NCBI GenBank assembly: GCA_950097015.1
Contig: CATNEN010000002.1
Coordinates: 5,518,001 to 5,582,000 of the forward strand
Length of the DNA: 64,000 bases
Source of the DNA: Macrostomum hystrix
Lineage: Eukaryota > Animalia > Platyhelminthes
Direction of reading: 5' to 3'
Below the pieces are notes generated by a model. That model saw only the letters and a program-made list of their open reading frames with translations, was not told where the DNA came from and did not search any database. Positions 1 through 12,300 of the stretch are shown here, in pieces (position 1 is the stretch's first letter; each line of letters starts with the position of its first letter). Both the position numbers and the translations under genes were made by a program.

Positions 1-346
1 CAGCCGTTCAACTAACAAAAGTCCCAACCCGCTCAGAACACTTACCCGCCTCCCCAAATGGGAAGTCGGGGATTGGATCGATAAAAATGCATTTCTGCGC
101 CCAAAGCGAGTGTGCAATGCCACGGCAGTCTTCCAAGTGTACTTTGGCGCACATTCTTTGAACTCACGAGCAGAAGAAATCGATTTCTATTGTGAGCTGA
201 GCATTTCTGTCATTCCGTTTAGCTTGGCTGGCTTTTGCTTTCTTGGCCCCAAAACCAACTCACATTTGAGCACAAATTCTGCATATTTTTAAACCGTTAA
301 AAAATTGCAACTGCAAAGAGATCATTGAATACTGAAATATTCGACA

Positions 347-3300
347 ATGGAAGAAGAAGTTGACGATAAGCTGCCGTCCAAGTCTCTCGCTGATGATGCT
401 CAGCCAGACAAAGTGGGTTTGCTGGAGCGCCTTGAGTCCAAGTGCTCGGTTCGCAAGCGCTACGTGGTCTGCCTTATGTGCTTCCTGGGCATGGTCATCA
501 TTCACTCCATGCGGGTGAACATCGCCATCACGGTCGTCACGATTCTAGACAAGGCGCCGCACGAGAAAGTCGGCAGCAGCAAGCGGGCGCAGGAGCTCCC
601 GGATGTCGACTGGACACCCACCATGGTGGGCCTGCTGCACGCTATCTTCTATGTGGGATTTCTCATCACGCAGGTGCCCGGAGGCTACCTGGCAACTAAA
701 CTGCCAACCAACAGGTGAGTGCCAGAGCGCTGTAACACCGTTTCCTCTCGCACCAAGGTCCCTGAGCTCGATTCCACGGCGAGGTCACATTCCGTTTGGG
801 TTTTGCGCATTTGACGGCCAACCTCCAAGACACAGGGACAGTGTACACTGCCTGACGATGAGAAAGTGTGTGCTCAGGAGTCAGCGAAATGGGTAGACTT
901 ACAAAAAATGATGAGCCATTGCCTGCAGCCCTTCTGAAATTATGATTTTTATAACTGATTTCGGACAGCACATTTGTTTATTTTGTACTTTTGGTGTCTG
1001 TCCTATGGAAACTAAATGCTTTTTAACAATTTTAAAAGAATTTGTTTAACTTGTAATATTTATCCACAGTTAAGTATCAAAGTTGTATTGATAAATTAAA
1101 GTACAAAGCTCGAGACAGGTACCGGGACACATGTCGATAGAGAGGGACTGAGCAGCCCCCTCCGCCTGTGAAGATACGGAGCTTAAAGGATGCATGTAGG
1201 ACGGGCATCGATTTTCATAGGGAGAGAAGCCAATGCCTGGAAATCCCATCTCTCGGGTTGCTTAGATGTCAGGTGAGCAGCATTCGTGAGCACATCATGG
1301 ATTTCATTTCTGTGGCATCTCATCTCACTGGGGAAGGGCGCCACAATGATACAGAGGGGCAGAAATATTTCCATTTCGTGTTGAGGAATCAACAACTAAG
1401 TAATATCTCTCCGCAGGATATTCGGCTTGTGCATCTGCTTGTCCTGCGCGCTGAACCTCTTGCTGCCCACAGCCATCGCCAATGTTGGATTCGTGTTCAC
1501 CTGCGCTGTGAGGGTTGTGCAAGGACTGCTGGAGGTGAGCTGGGAGCATTGTGCAGGGATGCTGGAGGTGAGCTGGGAGCATTGTGCGGGGACTGCTGGA
1601 GGTGAGCTGGGAGCATTGTGCAGGGACTGCTGGAGGTGAGCTGGGAGCATTGTGCAGGGACTGCTGGAGGTGAGCTGGGAGCATTGTGCAGGGATGCTGG
1701 AGGTGAGCTGGGAGCATTGTGCAGGGACTGCTGGAGGTGAGCTGGGAGCATTGTGCAGGGACTGCTGGAGGTGAGCTGGGAGCATTGTGCGGGGACTGCT
1801 GGAGGTGAGCTGGGAGCATTGTGCAGGGACTGCTGGAGGTGAGCTGGGAGCATTGTGCGGGGACTGCTGGAGGTGAGCTGGGAGCATTGTGCGGGGACTA
1901 CCATAGAGATGAGCTGGGAGCATTGTGCGGGGACTACCATAGAGATGAGCTGGGAGCATTGTGCGGGGACTACCATAGAGTTGAGCTGGGAGCATTGTGC
2001 GGGGACTACCATAGAGTTGAGCTGGGAGCATTGTGCGGGGACTACCATAGAGTTGAGCTGGGAGCATTGTGCGGGGACTACCATAGAGTTGAGCTGGGAG
2101 CATTGTGCGGGGACTACCATAGAGATGAGCTGGGAGCATTGTGCGGGGACTACCATAGAATTGAGATGGGAGCATTGTGCAGGATTTATAATTTTCAGTT
2201 TGCAATAACCCACTCATTCACAAAACGCATTTCAGGGCGCGGTGATCCCAACGATGTACAAGATCATCAATGATTGGTCTCCAAGGATGGAACGCAGTTC
2301 GTTTGCCTCATTCTGCATCACGGGTGAGCTTGGCCAACTGTTGAGTCCGTGCTCAAGCCAGAAGCGCGACTCTAATTATATTTTCTGGCAATCGAGAATT
2401 ATTTTTTTGAAATGAGGAAATTTTCCCGAGGTAGTACTAATAGTAGCAGACTTTCACTTAGCAAAGCTCAATTGAATTTAACTAAAATCATATAAAAATT
2501 TACTTAATTCAACATAACTTAATTTAACCATCTAATTCTTGTAACGCTAGTTGAGCCATAGACACTCATTTACACAGGAATTGTAGCCTAGTGTTTAGAG
2601 CGTCGGACTCACGACGTTCGACGTTCGGGGTTCGATTCCCGACTCCATTGAAAAATATGGTGTCCTTTAGCAAGGCACTTAACTCACCAGTCCATGGACT
2701 GAACAGCAGCTTTACGCAGTCTTCTGATGCGCCGCGCAGTAGCTGCAGCTGTGCTGTGGGGCTGCACATCTGGCCCAAATAGTGCAGGTGCAATCAGTGC
2801 AGTCAGGTGTAAAACTCACAATGTGCTCATCAATACGAACGCAGGAATGTACGCCGGAGCCATCATCGGGTTCCCACTAGACGGCCTGATCACCCACTAT
2901 GCCAACTGGCAGTACATGTTCTATATCCATGCCATATTTGGCTTCGTGTGGTTCTTCTTCTGGTTCCTGTTCGTCTACGAGCGCCCCGAGTTCGATCCCT
3001 CGGTGGATGAGGACGAGAAAAAGCTGATCATGGCCGGCCGGGACAAGGTGGTTGAGCTAGACCAGGTGCCATGGAAGGCCATCTTCACCAGCCTGCCGGT
3101 GTGGGCGGTCATTGTCTGCCACTTCGTCCGCAGCTGGATGTTCTTCTTCCTGTTGACTAACGAGCCTGCCTACCTCAACATGTTCAACTTCTCCATCCTC
3201 GAGGTTGGCCCTGCTGATGTTTATCAGCGTTAAACAACTGTCTCACTTTGAAACCACCCCACTCCGACACGCACCCCAATCCGACACCCACCCCAATCCG

Positions 3301-4582
3301 ACACCCACACCAATCCGACACCCACCCCACTCCGACACCCACCCCAATCCGACACCCACCCCAATCCAATACCCACCTCACCCAACAACCAACCCACTCC
3401 GACACCCACTTCCACTCCAAAACAAACCCCAATTGACACCCAACCCACTCCGACACCACCCAAAATTCGACAACCATCCTACTCCGACAACAACCTCAAT
3501 ACGACACCCAACCTCACTCCGACACCCACCTCACGCCATTATCTACCTCACTTCGGCGCCAATTTCTCTTCGCAGAATGGAATATTCTCGGCCACGCCGC
3601 ATCTACTAAAAGTTCTCTGCTGCATCCTTGGCGGCATAATTGCCGATATTGTGCTGCTGAAGTCGCCATGCTCGCTAACTGTTGTCAGAAAGATGTTCAC
3701 CTGCATCGGTGAGTGTGAGGCTCAATTTCACTGTACTGAGAAGACTCGTAATAATCCCTCAAAATTGTCCATAGGCTTCGGCGTCGAGGCCCTGTGCTGC
3801 TACGCCCTGTCCCGGGTTCAGCAGGGCTACATCGCCATCGTGTTCCTGAACCTGGGCGTCGGCTGCTCCGGCTTGACCGTGGCCGGCTGGCAGGTGAATC
3901 ATCTGGACCTGGCACCACAGTTCGCCTCCGTGCTGGCTGGCATCTCGGCGAGCTTCGGCACCATTGGCGGCATTCTGTCACCCATTGTGGTCGGCATTAT
4001 GACACACCCTCAGGTGAGTCACTCCACTGTGTCACTCCACTCTGTCACATCACTGTGTCAGAAGAGCAGAAGTTATAACAGATTCACGACTGTTTTCAGA
4101 CCCTGTGGAACTGGCAGAAGTCTTTCATCCTCACTGGTTCAGTTCTAGCAGCTGGAGTGACTTTCTACTTCTTCCTCGGATCTGGTAAGTGCTTGAAGTG
4201 ATGACCGCCAAGGTTTGTTCAGCGGCGCCTTTTTTAGTCTATGGACTTTCTCTCCGCCAATCACAGCGCGTATGATTAAGTAAGCTTTAGAGCCTAGCCA
4301 ATCAGAGGGTGCATTTAGGAGCAATAATGACTAGCCACTGTACATCGACTTCATGTACATTTGAAATCTAGGCATATTTTTATTATTTAACTTTCAGGCG
4401 AACTGCAGCCCTGGGCTACCAAGGAAGACTCCAACGACGACGACTCGAAGAAGGATCAGCCAGCCAGCAAAGGCGAGGATTCGCAGCTGAATGCGGGACC
4501 TGTCGTGACTAACTACAGCAGTGTGAACAACGGACAAGGGGATAATTCTCCTAAAGACAAGCAGGAGGAGAGTGAAACTTGA
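347..4582 (+). CDS. VGLUT: Vesicular glutamate transporter-like SLC17/ACS-family MFS transporter, 8 exons, 524 aa
   Basis: Exons 347-714, 1417-1534, 2236-2323, 2845-3203, 3576-3708, 3775-4013, 4100-4184, 4398-4582; all GT-AG, phases compatible, 1575 nt total. SLC17 motifs: RYVVCLMCFLG..MRVNI, GFLITQVPGGYLA, RVVQGLLEG, WFLFVYERP, VPWKAIFTSLPVWA, WQVNHLDLAPQFASVL, GELQPWA. VGLUT-type residues recalled from the family: TM2 His (LLHAIFY) and TM7 Arg (FVRSW). Confidence 0.93.
715..950 (+). mobile_element. tRNA-derived SINE (family A), internally deleted copy in VGLUT intron 1
   Basis: Matches the reverse complement of 8808-9184 in three blocks: tRNA-like head with B-box-like GCTCGATTCC, the CCAACCTCCAAGACAC...GCTCAGGAGTCAGCGAAATGGG body, and the AATGATG.GCCATTGCC.GCAGCCC tail. 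Confidence 0.75.
1516..2180 (+). repeat. Minisatellite, 33-34 nt units, spanning the VGLUT exon 2 donor
   Basis: Unit GGGACTGCTGGAG|GTGAGCTGGGAGCATTGTGCA to about 1895, then variant GGACTACCATAGAG(A/T)TGAGCTGGGAGCATTGTGCGG. Confidence 0.95.
2577..2810 (+). mobile_element. tRNA-derived SINE with CORE-like segment, VGLUT intron 3
   Basis: tRNA-like head GGAATTGTAGCCTAGTG...GGTTCGATTCCCGACTCCA (A and B boxes), then GTGTCCTTTAGCAAGGCACTTAACTC (2660-2685), resembling the CORE-SINE conserved block. The 3' limit is uncertain. Confidence 0.65.
3248..3535 (+). repeat. Degenerate C/A-rich minisatellite, VGLUT intron 4
   Basis: Recurrent CACCCCA(A/C)TCCGACACC units. Confidence 0.85.
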
Positions 4583-5096
4583 CAGATCAAGTTGGGAATT
4601 TCCCACAGGCATAATATCTGCATAGACAGTGACAGACACTTTCTACTTCTGATCCCATTCCACTTGAGTCAGAGCTCAGTGGTATAGAAAACCTCTGTCA
4701 ACAATGTGACTGCAATGCCTTTGCTTATACATTTGCGAAAAAGCTTAACATGATATAAAAAATTATTTATGAGCAATGATCTACTGGTCACTGGTACACA
4801 GAGGTAGCCTTTTGTCTCAGCTCTGCTTATCCGTGAACAATGTCCCGTGCTTAATTTGAACTCTTTTTTGCTTGCTTTCCGCTTCCTTTCGCTGCTAAAC
4901 AAAAAATTCTTTCAGAGTTGTATCAATGGATAACTATTTTTAAACATATTTTACTTAATCAATTGTGATAAAAATATATATAGAGTATAGGTCTTCGCGT
5001 CAGTGATTTCCTGCTAAATACAATTTCCTTTAGCAAAATTATGACCTAATTTTAACCTAGTCTGGCTCTCAACCTTCAGCACCTAACCTTCTGCTT

Positions 5097-5715
5097 GATC
5101 CTTCAGGACCTCCCCTTCCCTTCGATCCTTCAGGGCCTCCCCTTCCCCTTCGATCCTTCAGGACCTCCCCTTCCCTTCGATCCTTCAGGACCTCCCCTTC
5201 CCTTCGATCCTTCAGGACCTCCCCTTCCCTTCGATCCTTCAGGACCTCCCCTTCCCCTTCGATCCTTCAGGACCTCCCCTTCCCTTCGATCCTTCAGGAC
5301 CTCCCCTTCCCCTTCGATCCTTCAGGACCTCCCCTTCCCTTCGATCCTTCAGGACCTCCCCTTCCCCTTTGATCCTTCAGGGCCTCCCCTTCCCTTCGAT
5401 CCTTCAGGACCTCCCCTTCCCCTTCGATCCTTCAGGACCTCCCCTTCCCTTCGATCCTTCAGGACCTCCCCTTCCCTTCGATCCTTCAGGACCTCCCCTT
5501 CCCTTCGATCCTTCAGGACCTCCCCTTCCCTTCGATCCTTCAGGACCTCCCCTTCCCTTCGATCCTTCAGGACCTCCCCTTCCCCTTTGATCCTTCAGGG
5601 CCTCCCCTTCCCTTCGATCCTTCAGGACCTCCCCTTCCCCTTCGATCCTTCAGGGCCTCTCCTTCCCCTTCGATCCTTCAGGACCTCCCCTTCCCTTTGA
5701 TCCTTCAGGGCCTCC
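5097..5715 (+). repeat. Minisatellite, 27-28 nt unit
   Basis: GATCCTTCAGGACCTCCCCTTCCC(C)TTC tandem. Confidence 0.95.
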
Positions 5716-6162
5716 TCTTTCCCTGATCATTCAAGGCCTCCTCATCTCGAGGATCCCTCAGATAATTATTTGCACCCCCTGAAGGAAGGTTTTAAGATCA
5801 CCCTTTTAGGCCATCGCTTCAGGTTATTCTCAGGACCCTTATTCAGGCCTTCCTATATAAATCTGCAACTACAAAGGTACTTAAAAATGCACCCATTTCC
5901 AAGCGTCCTTCCATCGTACTATTCTCACCCAGCCTCCTAAATCCTACCCCATCTGAAACAAAGCAGAGCTGGGCCCATTGTGAAGTCACGGGCTGGGGTT
6001 AAAAAAATATACTCAACTTTCTTTCAGAAAAGTTTTAGGCAAGAAATTATTTTTAGACCAATCGCGAGAATCGCGATTGAGCATTTTCTAAATTGAGTAG
6101 CACCTCTTCTGGGCACAACTACTTTTCTATTTTCTCTCTCGTCTGTCTCAACTTTTCCCTGG

Positions 6163-6176
6163 GTTGCCATAGCAAC
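6163..6176. promoter_or_regulatory. RFX X-box motif
   Basis: GTTGCCATAGCAAC, matches the X-box consensus GTTNCCATRGNAAC; about 145 nt upstream of the ATG at 6320. Confidence 0.6.
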
Positions 6177-6319
6177 AACAAATCCAGCAGACTGCGTGAA
6201 AGGAAGCAGTTTAAAAGTCTCTAGTATAAAGAACATAGTTTGAGCAGTGGTTTGAGCGGTGCACACCTGTTTGGAGAAAACGTCAGAGAAAACGGATTAA
6301 ATCAATCTGCAAGCTCTCA

Positions 6320-9300
6320 ATGCATCGCGAATCAACATCGACAACCGGGTCCGACTTCAACGATAAGGAGCGGCTGATGCTGCCATCGCTGATAGGACAG
6401 AGGGCTCCGGGACTCCCAGATCATGTGTTGAGAAGACGGGAGGTCACGTGGACAGGTGCCAGTTTCCATGGCAACGAGAATGGGTGAGTGTCACATTGAC
6501 TGTTTTAAATCATATTTTAGAGCTTTGATATGCCTTCATTCCTTCAGAAGACCTTCATGGAGTCCTGGGTAGACCTTGATTGAGTCCTGAGTAGACCTTC
6601 ATGGAGTCCTGGGTAGACCTTGATTGAGTCCTGAGTAGACCTTCATTGAGTCCTGGGTAGACCTTGATTGAGTCCTGAGTAGACCTTCATGGAGTCCTGA
6701 GTAGACCTTGATTGAGTCCTGAGTAGACCTTGATTGAGTCCTGAGTAGACCATCATTGAGTCCTGAGTAGACCTTGATTGAGTCCTGAGTAGACCTTCAT
6801 TGAGTCCTGAGTAGACCTTCATTGAGTGCTCAGTAGACCTTCATTGAGTCCTGAGTAGACCTTCATTGAGTGCTCAGAAGACCTTCATGGAGTCCTGAGT
6901 AGATCTTCATTGAGTGCTCAGTAGACCTTCATGGAGTCCTGGGTAGACCTTGATTGAGTCCTGGGTAGACCTTGATTGAGTCCTGAGTAGACCTTCATTG
7001 AGTCCTGAGTAGACCTTCATTGAGTCCTGAGTAGACCTTCATTGAGTCCTAAATAGACCTTCATTGAGTCCTGAGTAGACCATCATTGAGTCCTGAGTAG
7101 ACCTTCATTGAGTCCTGAGTAGACCTTCATTTAGTCCTGAGTAGACCTTGATTGAGTCCTGAGTAGACCTTCATTGAGTCCTGAGTAGACCTTCATTGAG
7201 TCCTGAGTAGACCTTCATTTAGTCCTGGGTAGACCTTGATTGAGTCCTGAGTAGACCTTCATTGAGTCCTGAGTAGACCTTGATTGAGTCCTGAGTAGAC
7301 CTACAGTAGACCTCAGTAGTACAATTAAGTGATCGATTTTGACATGTTGAGACAGCTGAATATTTTCAATATTTTTATACACAAAAAGTAAGCTATTTTA
7401 TAGACTATGGAAGTAGTTTTCTGTAGTACAATATTAATCAAATTGACTACAATGCAAACGTTCAACACATAACAACTTGTACTCATAAATAGGCGTTAAT
7501 CAGAACGGCTAACATTATGGTAAATAGGCGTCTGGAACGAAAATTAATACATAAAATACTGAATTGTGAGTCAACTAATGCAAACTTGTGAGATTAATTT
7601 CAAGTCGTTAAATACCTTATTAGTAGATAAGAAAAAAATTGAGACAGAGAAGTAGGAGAGACGAGGGCAGACTAGAATGTACATTTGAGAGCAACGACGG
7701 AGAAGATAGGAAAAAGTTGGGGTTGGGGTGAACGGAAACACTGTACATTCGCGTACAGTCCGGAGAAAACAAGCCGGCGCGTGACTCAACCCTCTACAAG
7801 CCAGCCCAATATACATAATGGCAAGTTCGCTTCCTGTTTCATTAAAAGGGCCGAATGAAATATAAAATTCGCAGAGTTTGATATTCTATTGTTAAATAAT
7901 CTGCCAGCGTGGCCGAAGCGCCTGAGAGAAGCGCTGAGCAGTCACGATCAGCAGCCATGCGATTGACTCATCGAAAAGCGCTGCTGTACCTGCTGTTGCT
8001 AGCCGGGGCTGCACTGCTGTTCTGCTACTATGTGTTTGTTCACAGCGGCCTGACCAGTGAGTATCGACTGTCCGCTAAGGACTTTCACAATTACCACCCT
8101 GACCCGGCCGCTGCGGCTCCCGGCCATGCTTTGAGAGGCGGCAGTCACAAAAGCAAGGAAGACGAGAGCTTCGATGACATTCGACAGCAGTTGGATCTGT
8201 TGGAGCATGACAGCGGCTTGAGGAAGCTAGTGGACGCTGCCGTGGCTCTGGCCACGGCTCCGGTGCCGACGCCCCGCCGGCCGGAGATTGTTCACCGCTT
8301 CGCTGGCGGCGCCTACGTCGGCCTGCAAGTACCGAATCCAGCTCTGGGCAACTATGACTTCAAAATGTGGTCGCTTAAGGAGGCCGAGGAGGCCTGGGCC
8401 ACGGCGCTGGGCGGCGGCTCCGGGCCGGGCAGCGAGCTGACGGCCAGCTGCCACCCGCATCGTCGGTTCGGGCCGAAGGGCGACGGCGGCTGGTCGGTGT
8501 GCCTGGCCGGGCCTTACCGACCGAAGTCGGGCGACTGCTTGGCCGTGTCGTTTGGCGTAGGCAAGATCTGGAGCTTCGATGACCAGGTGGGTTTGACAGT
8601 GCATTGTGTCGAGATTGGCTAGACTTAGGAGAATGGAACCGTTTTTTATTTTGGGACTAAGGGATCTGGAATCTGGAAATCCTGGATTTTGGTATCATGG
8701 GTTTCGGATCAAAGTTATCAGTTGGAAATGTTTAAGCTGGAATCTAAGGCAGCTTTGAGATTCGGGATCTGGGATCTAAAGAAAATATTTTTGAGTTTAA
8801 GATCTTGTATAATTATATAATAATAATACTAATTGCAGGAGGGCTGCGGGCAATGGCACATCATTTGGTGACACTAGACCCGTCAGCCAGCGAGGAGGCA
8901 ATTCTGCCCATTTCGCTGACTCCTGAGCACACATGCACACAGATACTGTACGCAGGCATACACTCACACAGGTGTGTACATCTGCACTGACTTTCTCATC
9001 GTCAGGCACTGTACAATCTCACTGTGTCTTGGAGGTTGGCCCTCAAGGTCATAAATTGCACGACAAGCCCCCCAAGCCTTCTCTCGGCGGCTGCGCCCCA
9101 AATAAATGTGGCCTCGCCGTGGAATCGAACTTAGGGACCGTGGTGCGAGAGGCAAACGCGTTAACCGCTCTGCCACCGACCACCTTTAAGGTCTTGTAAT
9201 CCTGGATGTTTGAGTTTGAGATCTGGGACTGCGTGATCTGCTAAAATCAAGTTTCGGGTCTTTGCCTTGGAGTTTATCATCCACTGAGTGGTCCACCTTC

Positions 9301-12300
9301 CTGACCGTCAGGTAGCTGAGCAGCTCCAGTGCCGAGTCCTGGCCTTCGACCCGAGCCTGACCAGCCTGAGCAACCACACACGATCATCCAGCGGCGTGAA
9401 ATTCTACCGCCTGGGAGTCCACTCGAAGCGCGCTAGATTCCGCGACACCAACTCAACCGTGGACACCCTTGAGCACCTGCTCAACTCTCTCGCTGGCGGC
9501 CCCGACGTCATTGTTGACATCCTGAAGCTGGACATCGAAGGCAACGAGTGGCCCGTGCTGGCCTCTGCCCTAGACTCCGGCCTCCTGCAGTCCCGGGTTC
9601 GACAGCTGCTGGTTGAGCTGCACAGTTTGGAATCGCGGCCATTTCCCAACGAGGACAGCGAGGTGAGCGACTACATCACCTACCTGAGCACGCTGGGACG
9701 ACTGAGAGAGTCCGGCTTCCGCATGTGGCGAGTGGAGCCGAACACGGAGGATGGCAGCTGGTTCTACAGCAGGGTTGGGCACAGGAAGAAACGGCTTTGC
9801 TGCTACAATGCCTACTTCATCAACAGCCGCCTGCTGCCACCACTGAATGCCAGTCAAGCCCTACTGGAGGACCGCATGCTGCGCGACCTGCACTCGGTGC
9901 GGCTTCGGCTGCCGCTGAAACTCCTGCCCGACCTCTCCAGGCTGGGCGAAGCCTCCAAGTCGCCACAGTTGGTGGCTGAGTGGCTCTACTTCGACGCATT
10001 GATGCCCGGCATTCACGCCGACTGTCCCGATTGGCGACGTCTTGGGCCAGGCGGCGATGGCGGATACGGCATCTGCTTGACACGGCCGTTCCACTTGGAG
10101 ACTGGCCACTGCCTGGTCCTGTCCTTTGGGATTGGAGACCAGTTCGGGTTTGAAGATACTCTTGCTGGTGAGTCTATACTGCCCTCACCTGCGTGTCTAC
10201 TGACCTCCCTCACCTGGCTGTCTACTGACCTCCCTCACCTGCGTGTCTACTGACCTCCCTCACCTGCGTGTCTACTGCCCTCCCTCACCTGCGTGTCTAC
10301 TGACCTCCCTCACCTGCGTGTCTACTGACCTCCCTCACCTGCGTGTCTACTGCCCTCCCTCACCTGCGTGTCTACTGCCCTCCCTCACAGGCCTGCGTGT
10401 CTACTGACCTCCCTCACCTGCGTGTCTACTGACCTCCCTCACCTGCGTGTCTACTGCCCTCCCTCACCTGCGTGTCTACTGACCTCCCTCACCTGCGTGT
10501 CTACTGACCTCCCTCACCTGCGTGTCTACTGCCCTCCCTCACCTGCGTGTCTACTGCCCTCCCTCACAGGCCTGCGTGTCTACTGACCTCTCTCACCTGC
10601 GTGTCTACTGACCTCTCTCACCTGCGTGTCTACTGACCTCCCTCACCTGCGTGTCTACTGACCTCCCTCACCTGCGTGTCTACTGCCCTCCCTCACCTGC
10701 GTGTCTACTGCCCTCCCTCACCTGCGTGTCTACTGACCTCACCTGCGTGTCTACTGACCTCCCTCACCTGTTTACTGGCTTCTCTCCCCTACTGTCTCTT
10801 CGCTCCTGACCATCAGACTCAAATCTCCTGTCCAAAGGTCCGGAGTTCGCATGCCGGGTGCGGATGTTCGACCCATCCCTGACCCAGCTGGGTGAGCACA
10901 AGCGGGGCCCTCGCCAGTGGCTGCACCTCACGGGACTGGGTGGCGGCGACTCGGTTCGCAGCGACACCGGCTGGACAGTCAACAGCCTGCAGACCCTGCT
11001 GCACCGGCACGGCCATTTGGAGGAGACTGTCGACCTGTTGAAGATTGACATCGAGCTGGACGAATGGAACGCCCTGGAGACAGCCATCAGTGACGGCTCG
11101 CTGGCCAAAGTCAAACAGCTGATCATTGAGACCCACACCTTGGAGCTGCGCGGCGAAGTGACGTCATCAGATTATTATCTAAGGTTCGCGCGCATCTGGC
11201 TGGGCCTCTATCGGCTGGGATTTCGGCAGTGGCGCAGTCAGGAGAACGGCAGGACGCATTTCATTGGACGAAGCGGGCGGAAAAGGCCCTGCTGTCACGA
11301 ACACTCGCTCATTAACATTAACTTTATGTAGGCCGCTGCTGGCTGCTTCTGGGATCTTTGGGTTTTGGAGTTGGGATATTTGGATTTTTTAGAGTTCGGA
11401 TATTTGGGATTTTAGAGTTGGGGTCTTTGGGATTCTAGAGTTGGGATCTTTGGGATTTAGAGTTGGTATCTTTAGGATTTAGAGTTGGTATCTTTGGGAT
11501 TTAGAGTTGGTATCTTTGGGATTTAGAGTTGGTATCTTTGGGATTTAGAGTTGGTATCTTTGTGATTTAGAGTTGGGATCTTTGTGATTTAGAGTTGGGA
11601 TCTTTGGGATTTTAAGTTTGGGATCTTTTGGATTTGGAGTTGGGATCTTTGGGATTTAGAGTTGGTATCTTTGTGATTTAGAGTTGGGATCTTTGGAATT
11701 TTAAGTTTGGGATCTTTAGCATTTTAGAGTTGGGATTTTTGGGATTTTAAGTTTGGGATCTTTTGGATTTGGAGTTGGGATCTTTGGGATTTAGAGTTGG
11801 TATCTTTGGGATTTAGAGTTGGTATCTTTGTGATTTAGAGTTGGGATCTTTGGAATTTTAATTTGGGATCTTTAGCATTTTAGAGTTGGGATCTTTTGGA
11901 TTTGGAGTTGGTATCTTTGTGATTTAGAGTTGGGATCTTTGGGATTTTAAGTTTGGGATCTATGAGATTTAGAGTTGGTATCTTTGGGATTTAGAGTTGG
12001 GATCTTTGGGATTTAAGGTTGGGATCTTTTGGATTTGGAGTTGGGATCTATGAGATTTAGAGTTGGGATCTTTTGGATTTAAGGTTGGGATCTTTGGGAT
12101 TTAAGGTTGGGATCTTTTGGATTTAGAGTTGGGATCTTTTGGATTTGGAGTTGGGATCTTTGGGATTTAGAGTTGGTATCTTTGGGATTTTAATTTGGGA
12201 TCTTTAGCATTTTAGAGTTGGGATCTTTGGAATTTTAAGTTTGGGATCTTTAGCATTTTAGAGTTGGGATCTTTGGAATTTTAAGTTTGGGATCTTTAGC

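Noticed and set aside
1325-2273. Overlapping repetitive ORFs on both strands
   Set aside because: Products of the 33/34-nt array in VGLUT intron 2.
2577-2648. Possible functional tRNA gene
   Set aside because: The anticodon stem is broken, the acceptor stem is mismatched, and it runs into a CORE-like block, so a SINE head fits better.
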